Shown here: piece by piece, positions 25,935 through 33,443 of the stretch
Layout: every line of letters begins with the position of its first letter
How positions within the stretch are numbered: the first letter of the stretch is position 1
Translations under genes and position numbers: made by a program
From: an uncultured Candidatus Saccharibacteria bacterium
GTDB lineage: Bacteria > Patescibacteriota > Minisyncoccia > Phycocordibacterales > CAYSCM01
Direction of reading: 5' to 3'
NCBI GenBank assembly: GCA_964429815.1
Contig: CAYSCM010000001.1
Span: 164,240-228,239, forward strand
Length of the DNA: 64,000 nt
Notes under the pieces: model-generated
The model's input: the letters and a program-made list of their open reading frames with translations, nothing else
Database searches by the model: none
What the model was told of the DNA's origin: nothing

Positions 25935-27199
25935 CGGGCGCCCGTCGATGTGGCACTGTCGCTGAGCCTCACGCTCCAGAGTGAGAGATCTTTTTTGTTT
26001 TGAAAGAGAAGCTCGTCTTCGTTAGGTGAGAGCGAGAGATACTGCACGTCGAAGAGACGCGTGCCTTCACTGCTGAAGCGATAGAAGAGGGTTGAAGCAC
26101 CTGTTTGTGCGTCGATATGCCAAATGTTATCGGAGAAACTAGCTTGCCCCTGGTACCACAGGTCGGGATAGGTACCATTCGTATTTCCCGTAACTGCAAA
26201 CGGCACCGCACAGAGTATCTCCGTTGGTTTTTTGACGCTCCAGAGGCACTTGTCGGGGATGGTGGCGACGGCTGCATCGATGACTTTCCCTGTTCTAACG
26301 TTGAGGATATGCATAAGGATGGTAGAACCGATGGTCTCGCTCCACAGAATACGCTTGCCGTCCGCGCTCGGGAGAGCTGTGAGCCCCGAAATGTCGCCAA
26401 GGAGGCGCCCCACGGTGCCCGAGGAGGGATTCACGCTGTAAAGATAGCCCGGAGTGTTTCCGGAGGGTTTGGAGAGAAGAAGCGGGGTTCCTCCGAGCCA
26501 GTAGGGAAGCCACTCGGATATAGGCGAGGAAAAGAGCTTGGTGATTTTCCCGGTAGAAATGTTGTCGACGATGACCGAAGAACCCTGATTCTCCTTGCGG
26601 ATGTAGAGAAGCTGCTTTCCTTTGCTATCAGGTGCTACGGCGAGAATATTGTCTTCGAGATAGGTGCCGCCGAGCGACCCTCCGCCCCCGTTTGCGTTTA
26701 TACGGCCGAGGAACGTCTGTATGCGCTCGTCGCTCTCCGAGAGGAGACGCAAAAGCAAGATTATCGGGCTGTCGAGCCAGAGCGCCTGGTAGATCTTAGG
26801 TATAGTTGTATTGGTAACGCGCTTCGTCTCGCTATTTTCGAAGTTAGCTTCGTAGACGTTGCCATCTTCGCGTTCAATGTAGCGAATGAACTCGTTGCCA
26901 TTGGCGAGGAACGAGGCATACCCCGACACCGGCTTTCCGGATACCAGGTGCAGACGCGGTGATGTGCTGGCCTGCCCGGAGAGTTCTGCTCCGGTGTCAC
27001 CTCCTTGTGGAAAGGGCTCTCCCGAACCAGTGCCACCTTGCCCCGTTGGACTTTCAGAAATTTGTCCGAATATAGGCTGTTGAGCTTGCGATGAGCTCCT
27101 AGAACTCGCGGTTTTCCCTAAGAAATAATAGCTGCCAACCCCAAGTAGCACGAGGCCGAAGAAAAGTCCGAGAGTGATGTAGAGGGTCTTTCGTCTCAT
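25931..27199 (-). CDS. membrane-anchored beta-propeller (TolB/PD40-like) protein; last gene of the VirB4 locus
   Basis: N-terminal TM segment. Repeated PD40-like segments (SPDSKGKQLLYI, LPSADGKRILWS, LSLSPNEDELLF). Confidence 0.45.
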   Translation of the reverse strand: MRRKTLYITLGLFFGLVLLGVGSYYFLGKTASSRSSSQAQQPIFGQISESPTGQGGTGSGEPFPQGGDTGAELSGQASTSPRLHLVSGKPVSGYASFLANGNEFIRYIEREDGNVYEANFENSETKRVTNTTIPKIYQALWLDSPIILLLRLLSESDERIQTFLGRINANGGGGSLGGTYLEDNILAVAPDSKGKQLLYIRKENQGSSVIVDNISTGKITKLFSSPISEWLPYWLGGTPLLLSKPSGNTPGYLYSVNPSSGTVGRLLGDISGLTALPSADGKRILWSETIGSTILMHILNVRTGKVIDAAVATIPDKCLWSVKKPTEILCAVPFAVTGNTNGTYPDLWYQGQASFSDNIWHIDAQTGASTLFYRFSSEGTRLFDVQYLSLSPNEDELLFQNKKDLSLWSVRLSDSATSTGAR

Positions 27200-27200
27200 A

Positions 27201-28142
27201 TCAAAATCCTATAGCGCTGCACCTCGGTGCTTCTCCGAATCCCGGACAATATTGCTGGCAATCAGCGAGAGAGGAAAAGGCTACTTTCCCAGTCTCGATT
27301 CCCTTCCCCCAGGTGCAGAGTGTTTCCTGCGGGGCATTAAAAAGACTCTGTGGCTCTTGTGGCGGAGGTGGCAGGTTCGTCGTTTGTGATTGTAAAACGT
27401 CAGCCGACACCGCCGTGCATCTGCCCGAACAGGTTCGCTGGCACTCATCCATTGATGCAACATAGTAGCGTCGTCCTTGATATGAACCGTTATCTTCACG
27501 AAGTTCGCACGCCGCCTGAGAACTTATGCTAGTTGGAATCCCGTTTATAATCGGAGTCTTGTTTGGCTGGGTCGTTATTGTCGTCGGGCTCCCCGTCCCG
27601 GGCGTTGTGGATGGCCCGCCGAGGAGCGAATTATTTTTTACAATCTGCGGATTGATGGTGACGAGGAGTACGTAGGAGAGAAGGATGATAAGAAGGCCGT
27701 ATATCGCGGATTCAATGTAATCACGCCCACCCTCTTTCCCAAACGGCGTACTGCTCAGCATGTACTTGAAACCGCCAAAGGTAATCATAAGAACGGCGAG
27801 AAGCGCTGCGATGCCAAGGCCAAAATCAAAAATAGTATTGAGGACACTACTGAGACTCCCGTTGTTTTTTGTGTAAAGCCCTCCAATATTTTCAAGGGGG
27901 ACGAAACCTTGAGAGCCGGTTACTTGTGTTCCTAAGGGAGTAGTTTGTAAGGGGGAAGCGTCACCACATCCACCGGTTCCTTGTACATCAACGCAGGGTG
28001 TGCCCGATTGCGCTGGTTGAAGTGCAGAAGAACAATTTTCCGTATAGCCTCGAGAACAGGAGTCTCCAGATTCTGCCTTAGAAAAGGCAAACGGCAGCAT
28101 CAAAAGACAGAGAATGGAGATTATTATTTGTGACTTTCTCAT
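27201..28142 (-). CDS. T4SS-pilin-like (TrbC/VirB2-type) protein with a Cys-rich C-terminal extension
   Basis: Signal peptide, then LNTIFDFGLGIAALLAVLMITFGGFKYMLSSTPFGKEGGRDYIESAIYGLLIILLSYVLLVTINP (two-helix pilin core). Followed by about 130 aa with two Cys-containing modules. Confidence 0.6.
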   Translation of the reverse strand: MRKSQIIISILCLLMLPFAFSKAESGDSCSRGYTENCSSALQPAQSGTPCVDVQGTGGCGDASPLQTTPLGTQVTGSQGFVPLENIGGLYTKNNGSLSSVLNTIFDFGLGIAALLAVLMITFGGFKYMLSSTPFGKEGGRDYIESAIYGLLIILLSYVLLVTINPQIVKNNSLLGGPSTTPGTGSPTTITTQPNKTPIINGIPTSISSQAACELREDNGSYQGRRYYVASMDECQRTCSGRCTAVSADVLQSQTTNLPPPPQEPQSLFNAPQETLCTWGKGIETGKVAFSSLADCQQYCPGFGEAPRCSAIGF

Positions 28143-28143
28143 A

Positions 28144-29163
28144 TCATTTACCAAAGTTTATTTGAAGGGCTATCGATGTGGCCTGAAAAATTTGCGAAAC
28201 ATTTTGTAGCGAGAGAGCAAGATTTGCTGTGCCCGATGATGGGGCCGTCTGGCGCAGCACTACATCGGCCGGATTTTTACTCGAGGGAGTCACGCTCTTG
28301 TCATTGAGCGTCCAGGCGTAGGTGAGCGCTCCTCCGCCGCGGGAATCCGTCGAGAAAAAGTACGGGAAGGCGGAGACCGTCGCCTCGCTTTTAGTGAGAT
28401 TGACACTTTCAGGAAGTGCCCGGTCGAAACGAAATCCTAGAAGTGGGTCGTTTTCATAGAGGATGACGAATGGCTCGTCTCCGTTGAACGAGAGGGAACG
28501 AGTTGCTTTGATGGAACCATCCGAACTCGCTACGTCTACCGACACATTGATCCCGCGATAGACGCGGGCGCCGGGGATGGTAACGGACTGAGCGCCGCGC
28601 CCCGAAGAATCCCCCAGCACCTGGCCATTAAGGTGCCACGTGTAGAAAAGGGCCTCAGGCCTGATGCGCGCGCCGTTCTCGTCTACGAAAAACGGCATCG
28701 CAAAGAGGACCATCGTGGCGTCATAGGGAGCGAGAGCTTTACCGCGGTAAAAGGGCGGGGTGTAGACATTCGCTTGCCACAGCAGATCAAGGCCTGCCGG
28801 GCGAACGATGGCTGTTTTGGTAAGGGTCGAGCCATTGGGGAGTGTTGCGTTAACGCGAAGCACATTGATGCTTCCAATACCGCCAACCGTGAAGTGGGCC
28901 GTGACGACACCAACCCCTGAGTCAATGATCTTCCCGTTAAGGCTCCACACCAAGGTGGCGCGGGCAAGGTTTTCTGCGTAACTGGCGACCTGGGCCGATA
29001 CGGCTTGACCCGCTCCGGGTACCTCAGGCGAGAGGGAGAGCGAAAAATCTCCTGGCACGGTGGGCAAATTTAGCTGTGCAAAGAGCGTTGTAGGGAGCGA
29101 AAGGGCCGCGACGAGGAGTGTCGTCGCGCAGAGGCCGCGCATGATTCGGGGGGAAATAGTCAT
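28144..29163 (-). CDS. secreted beta-rich protein of unknown function
   Basis: Signal peptide MRGLCATTLLVAALSLPTTLFA. ATGA coupling with the upstream gene. Confidence 0.5.
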   Translation of the reverse strand: MTISPRIMRGLCATTLLVAALSLPTTLFAQLNLPTVPGDFSLSLSPEVPGAGQAVSAQVASYAENLARATLVWSLNGKIIDSGVGVVTAHFTVGGIGSINVLRVNATLPNGSTLTKTAIVRPAGLDLLWQANVYTPPFYRGKALAPYDATMVLFAMPFFVDENGARIRPEALFYTWHLNGQVLGDSSGRGAQSVTIPGARVYRGINVSVDVASSDGSIKATRSLSFNGDEPFVILYENDPLLGFRFDRALPESVNLTKSEATVSAFPYFFSTDSRGGGALTYAWTLNDKSVTPSSKNPADVVLRQTAPSSGTANLALSLQNVSQIFQATSIALQINFGK

Positions 29164-29777
29164 CAGGCTGCCTTCACTTTGGCTTGAGATTTATTATATT
29201 CCCTATCCTCCTGGTGAACGAGGCGGATTTCCGACCACACGCACATCGTCCATATAGGTATTGCATTTAACCCAGGCGCTAATTTAACCGCGATGAGAAT
29301 CAAATCTCGGATCGGGCGTTTTAGTGTCAAAAAGTTATGACCAGAAGTAGCAAACCATCCAATGAAAATAAAGAAAATCACGATCGACAAAACCGTGTTG
29401 ATGATGAGTCCAATGATGAGAAAGGTGAGAACAAGTTGGATAAGATCGAAAAACATCGCCACTCCCATCATGGCCGCATACTGAAGTCCTCCGATGCGGT
29501 GACGTTTTTTTGCGGGTACGGAAACGCGTTGGGCCGTCGCCACTTGAGCGGGCTCCCGTGGTGAAACCCGCGTATATCCCGATGGCTGCCGTTGCCAAAA
29601 CGCACGCTCTTGCGGGTCGAGTTCCTTACTCCCCATGCTCACCTTCGGGTTCCCGCCTATGCGAATGCCTCGCTTTACTCCTTCGGCTCGTAAGGCTTCG
29701 TATTCCTGTCGAGTCATGGAGGGATCCGCTCCAGCCGGAGGGGTCCACTTTTTTGATTGCGGGTCACGCGGAGGCAT
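29163..29777 (-). CDS. membrane protein (cytosolic N-terminal region, three C-terminal TM helices)
   Basis: Hydrophobic segments GLQYAAMMGVAMFFDLIQLVLTFLIIGLIINTVLSIVIFFIFIGWF. Confidence 0.5.
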   Translation of the reverse strand: MPPRDPQSKKWTPPAGADPSMTRQEYEALRAEGVKRGIRIGGNPKVSMGSKELDPQERAFWQRQPSGYTRVSPREPAQVATAQRVSVPAKKRHRIGGLQYAAMMGVAMFFDLIQLVLTFLIIGLIINTVLSIVIFFIFIGWFATSGHNFLTLKRPIRDLILIAVKLAPGLNAIPIWTMCVWSEIRLVHQEDREYNKSQAKVKAA

Positions 29778-29779
29778 GA

Positions 29780-31612
29780 CTATTTATTCGCCTCGGCCTC
29801 GAGCTCCTGGCGGGCCTTTTTAATAGCGAGAATTTGGCTCGGATCGGAGGTGATGATTTGATCTTCGGTATAAGAGGCGATGATTTTGATGGCGACGTGT
29901 TTGAGGCCGGCAAAGAATATCCCCTCTCCCACGTCCGATTCCAGGAGCAGGTACTTTTCCTCGTCGGTGAGGTTAAACGTTTTCTGCACGTTGTCGATGG
30001 AGGTTGGCGATTGCTTCAGCAGCAGCTGAATGGAGGAGTTGGTTATCATAGGGAGCCCGTAGGGAGAGTTCAAGAAATCAGAAACGTCTTGCGTGATGGT
30101 GGCAAGACCCAGGAAGTATTTGCGCCCGCGTTTGGCGACCGAAAAGAGGAAACTCGCCGTATCCTCGCTCTGCATCATCCAGTGCGCTTCATCGACGATA
30201 AAGAGGCGTTTCTTGAGCTCCTTGCGCACTGCGGTCCAGATGAAGTGCGTGACGATGTACATGGCGACGGGCTTGAGCTCATCCTCCATGTCGCGCACGG
30301 AGAATACGACAAAATTTTTGTTGATATCGACATTGGTCGGGCGATTGATGAAACCTGCCCACGTACCCTTGGTGTACTTGGAGAGGCGCTGCACGAGCGA
30401 CTCGGAGCCTTCCATTCCGGCGAGCACGAGCTCGAAGTCGGAGAGGAGCGGCGGCTCGATGCTGGTGAAGTCGCTCTCCCCCGTTATGTCCTTGAGCGCA
30501 TAGGTTTCCGTGATAGCCCGGTCGATGATGGAGTCTTCCTCCGGCGTTAGGCCGCCGAGCATGATGCGGAACAGGCCCACGAGATTCACGATGTTGCTTC
30601 GAAGCACGTCGCCGGGAGCTTCGTCTTCCCGCGGGGTCGGCAGGTCGAAGGGGTTGATGTGGTGCTCGGAGGTGAGGGATATGTTGAAGTAGCGCCCACC
30701 GACGGCGTCCGCCATGTACTCGTACTCACGCTCAGGGTCGATGACAATGACCTCGGTGCCGAACATAAGGGAGCGCAAAATTTCGAGCTTTACCGCGTAG
30801 GATTTGCCGGCGCCGGATTTTGCGAACGTCACCGAGTTGTAGTTTTCGAGGCTAAAGCGATCAAAGAGGATGAGGGAGCTGTTGTGGCGGTTGATGCCGT
30901 AGAGAATTCCCTTGTCGGAAGTGAGATCGAAGGAGACAAAGGGAAAGAGCGAGGAGAGCGGCGAGGAGTTGAGCTTCGTGTGCACGGAGAGCTCATCGGA
31001 GGCTATGGGAAGTACGGAGCGGAACCCCTGCTCCTGCTGAAAGAGCGCGGGCTTCACGTAGATGAGGCGGCTCTCGAGCATGGTCTTTATCTCGCTCTCC
31101 ACCTTGTCGAGCTCTTCCTGCGAGTTGCCATAGATAGAAATGTAAAGCCCGACATCGAAGAGTTTCTCTTGCGCCTGCTGGAGCTGGTCGCGGAGCGATT
31201 CAAGGTCACGATAGGCGGTGTCGAGCATTGGATCGCGCACGAGCCCGCGCTCCTCTCGGGTCGTGATCTGACTTTGCACCTCCGCGACCTTTTTTTGGAA
31301 TTTCCGAAGCACTGTAGCGGTGTCCGCCGGATGCACGAATATGGATACGTCGAAGACCCGATCGAGATTTATGATGGGAGCAAACCAGGAATCCGCGAGG
31401 TAGCGTGGGTAGGAAATAACAAATAGCGTGCGCACCAGCTTGTCGCCGAGATTCATCTCCCGCGGGGTGATCTTGAGCGCTGAAGGGGCGATGATGTCGT
31501 GGAACTCAAGCGCTCCCGCTTCATAGATTTCCTGCGGCAAAATGGGAGTGACCGGGACTTCCCTCCTCTTTTTCCCGCCCAAGCCTCCTGTGAGAAAATC
31601 AAGTAGAGCCAT
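29780..31612 (-). CDS. virB4: VirB4/TraC-family type IV secretion ATPase (C-terminal ATPase portion)
   Basis: Walker A FAKSGAGKSY, Walker B RLFIVDEAHWMM, ATITQDVSDF. Confidence 0.85.
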   Translation of the reverse strand: MALLDFLTGGLGGKKRREVPVTPILPQEIYEAGALEFHDIIAPSALKITPREMNLGDKLVRTLFVISYPRYLADSWFAPIINLDRVFDVSIFVHPADTATVLRKFQKKVAEVQSQITTREERGLVRDPMLDTAYRDLESLRDQLQQAQEKLFDVGLYISIYGNSQEELDKVESEIKTMLESRLIYVKPALFQQEQGFRSVLPIASDELSVHTKLNSSPLSSLFPFVSFDLTSDKGILYGINRHNSSLILFDRFSLENYNSVTFAKSGAGKSYAVKLEILRSLMFGTEVIVIDPEREYEYMADAVGGRYFNISLTSEHHINPFDLPTPREDEAPGDVLRSNIVNLVGLFRIMLGGLTPEEDSIIDRAITETYALKDITGESDFTSIEPPLLSDFELVLAGMEGSESLVQRLSKYTKGTWAGFINRPTNVDINKNFVVFSVRDMEDELKPVAMYIVTHFIWTAVRKELKKRLFIVDEAHWMMQSEDTASFLFSVAKRGRKYFLGLATITQDVSDFLNSPYGLPMITNSSIQLLLKQSPTSIDNVQKTFNLTDEEKYLLLESDVGEGIFFAGLKHVAIKIIASYTEDQIITSDPSQILAIKKARQELEAEANK

Positions 31613-31614
31613 AG

Positions 31615-32250
31615 CTATAGGTTCGCTGCGATCGGCTTTTCGAGCTCACCGGGGTTGAAGAGTTTGTAGTAAAGCTCGATGGCTTCCTCGGTGCCTAAGG
31701 TCGCGACCCTAACTCCGGTGCGCACGAGCCCTTGCTCGACGACCGCGACGCGTTGCTCAAGTTGGGTGCGGCTCTCTTCGAACGTCGCGGCGGCCTCCTC
31801 CTTCGTTTTTTTGCCGAAGCTCGGGAGCGTTGGGAGCCCGCTTTTTCCCACGGAGAGCACCGCCGGCGAGTACGGCACAACGATAAAGAAATTTTTCGTC
31901 ATAATGTTGGCCTGCTCGACGAAGCTTTTTATGAAATCAATGTACTCGCGTGTCTGGATTTTCATAAGCTCGGTGGTCTGCTCTTTGTACTTTCCCTCAA
32001 GGAGCGCCACGTAGGGGCGGATATCGAGCTGGCGTGATTCGATGAATATCTGGATGGAAAAGTCGAGCGAGTTGAGGAAGTTTTGGAACTGCGCGAGGAT
32101 GGCGGTCTGTTCGTCGGCGGATTTAAGCGCAAAATTGAGCGAGGAGGCGATGAGAATGGAGCGCAACCCTCCGTCCTTGAGGACCACGATGCCATCACGC
32201 ACCTCCTTGATGGGCACGAACTCCTGGCTTGCTTTTCCGGCGACGGCCAT
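31615..32250 (-). CDS. VirB4 N-terminal-domain-like protein (apparent split VirB4)
   Basis: FVPIKEVRDGIVVLKDGGLRSILIASSLNFALKSADEQTAILAQFQNFLNSLDFSIQIFI resembles the N-terminal domain of Gram-positive-type VirB4 proteins. Lies 2 nt upstream of the ATPase gene. Confidence 0.45.
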   Translation of the reverse strand: MAVAGKASQEFVPIKEVRDGIVVLKDGGLRSILIASSLNFALKSADEQTAILAQFQNFLNSLDFSIQIFIESRQLDIRPYVALLEGKYKEQTTELMKIQTREYIDFIKSFVEQANIMTKNFFIVVPYSPAVLSVGKSGLPTLPSFGKKTKEEAAATFEESRTQLEQRVAVVEQGLVRTGVRVATLGTEEAIELYYKLFNPGELEKPIAANL

Positions 32251-32256
32251 GGTGAT

Positions 32257-32670
32257 TTAGCGATAGGCGCCCGTTTTCTCCTTTATATCGAGGCTCCAGG
32301 CGAGATCCTTAAGTTTGCTCTCCGAGAGCTTAGGCACGACGATAGTCGCCTCCAGTTTCGTCTCCGGAGTGGCTTTTGCGGCGGCTTTGGGAACAACCTT
32401 TTTCCAGAGGTAGAGCCGGCCGCGCATCATGTAGTAGAAGGCCGCCTCGAGAGTCTCGATGAACGGACGATTATTTATCTTATAGAACGCAAGTGCAGCG
32501 GAAAGCGCGGCGACCGGAATACCAAGGAGTATCACGAGAAAAAGTGGCAGAAAAACGTAGAGAATGGCGATCACTCCTCCACCGCCGGCGAGGTAGACAA
32601 ACTGGCGGAACGTGAGGGGCCCCACTATCTTGTCTTCCACCTCAATGAACTGCGGCACCTGGAACTGCAT
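32257..32670 (-). CDS. PrgI-family (VirB3-like) membrane protein
   Basis: MQFQVPQFIEVEDKIVGPLTFRQFVYLAGGGGVIAILYVFLP. Internal ATG at 32670. Confidence 0.6.
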   Translation of the reverse strand: MQFQVPQFIEVEDKIVGPLTFRQFVYLAGGGGVIAILYVFLPLFLVILLGIPVAALSAALAFYKINNRPFIETLEAAFYYMMRGRLYLWKKVVPKAAAKATPETKLEATIVVPKLSESKLKDLAWSLDIKEKTGAYR

Positions 32671-32743
32671 AGAAGTAGTATACCCCGCGCAAAGCCGCAT
32701 CGCGGCTTTGCGCTGTAGATTCGGCGCGTACTACTATGAGTGC

Positions 32744-33034
32744 ATGAAATTCTATACGCCAAACTATGGAAACGCTTCACACGACGCCCGTCCGCAGTTT
32801 GAAATGCGCGGCAACGCCATCTACATCACCGCGCACCACCCCGGCTTTACCCCCAAAGGGGCGGTGCTCCCCTGGTATGAAAATAGGGGCGGGAAAGTCT
32901 ATGCGACCGAGCATCACCCCGAGGGCAAATCACTCCATCCGGTCTATGAAATCCGGGGCGATAGGGTGCACACTACGGTCGAACATTCTCAGCACGACCC
33001 ACTACGCCACAGCTTTGAACTCCGCCTGCATTAA
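32744..33034 (+). CDS. 96-aa His-rich protein made of three ~28-aa repeats
   Basis: PQFEMRGNAIYITAHHPG / PWYENRGGKVYATEHHPEG / PVYEIRGDRVHTTVEHSQHD. The only plus-strand gene inside the locus. Confidence 0.45.
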   Translation: MKFYTPNYGNASHDARPQFEMRGNAIYITAHHPGFTPKGAVLPWYENRGGKVYATEHHPEGKSLHPVYEIRGDRVHTTVEHSQHDPLRHSFELRLH

Positions 33035-33042
33035 AGCGAGTT

Positions 33043-33441
33043 CTATTTTTTTCGATATACAAATACTGACTTTATGCCGATGATGATCAGACTGATCAAG
33101 AAGAAAAGTATCGAGAGGAAGAACGAAATCCGCCCCTTGTCATTCGGAAACATCCAGTCAGTGCTGGTATTTGGCGCGATAAGTATCAACGCCACGGAGA
33201 TTGCAAGAAACCACTGGGCAAAGCGGATCCACATTCGGAAAATTTCATCTCGGAGTTTATAGGTGACTAAACTCAAGATGAACAAAATTGGAAAAAACCT
33301 AAGTAAATCAATCAACCACAAAGTCTGATCTCTACAGAAAAAAAATTTATCTTGACATCCATTACGAAGCACGAGGCTGAGAAGGATAAGAAACATTCCC
33401 GCGCCTATTCCGGAAAAAATTAAAAGAGTTTTTTTGGTCAT
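33043..33441 (-). CDS. small 4-TM membrane protein
   Basis: Four hydrophobic helices. AT-richer codon usage than the flanking genes. Confidence 0.5.
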   Translation of the reverse strand: MTKKTLLIFSGIGAGMFLILLSLVLRNGCQDKFFFCRDQTLWLIDLLRFFPILFILSLVTYKLRDEIFRMWIRFAQWFLAISVALILIAPNTSTDWMFPNDKGRISFFLSILFFLISLIIIGIKSVFVYRKK

Positions 33442-33443
33442 AA

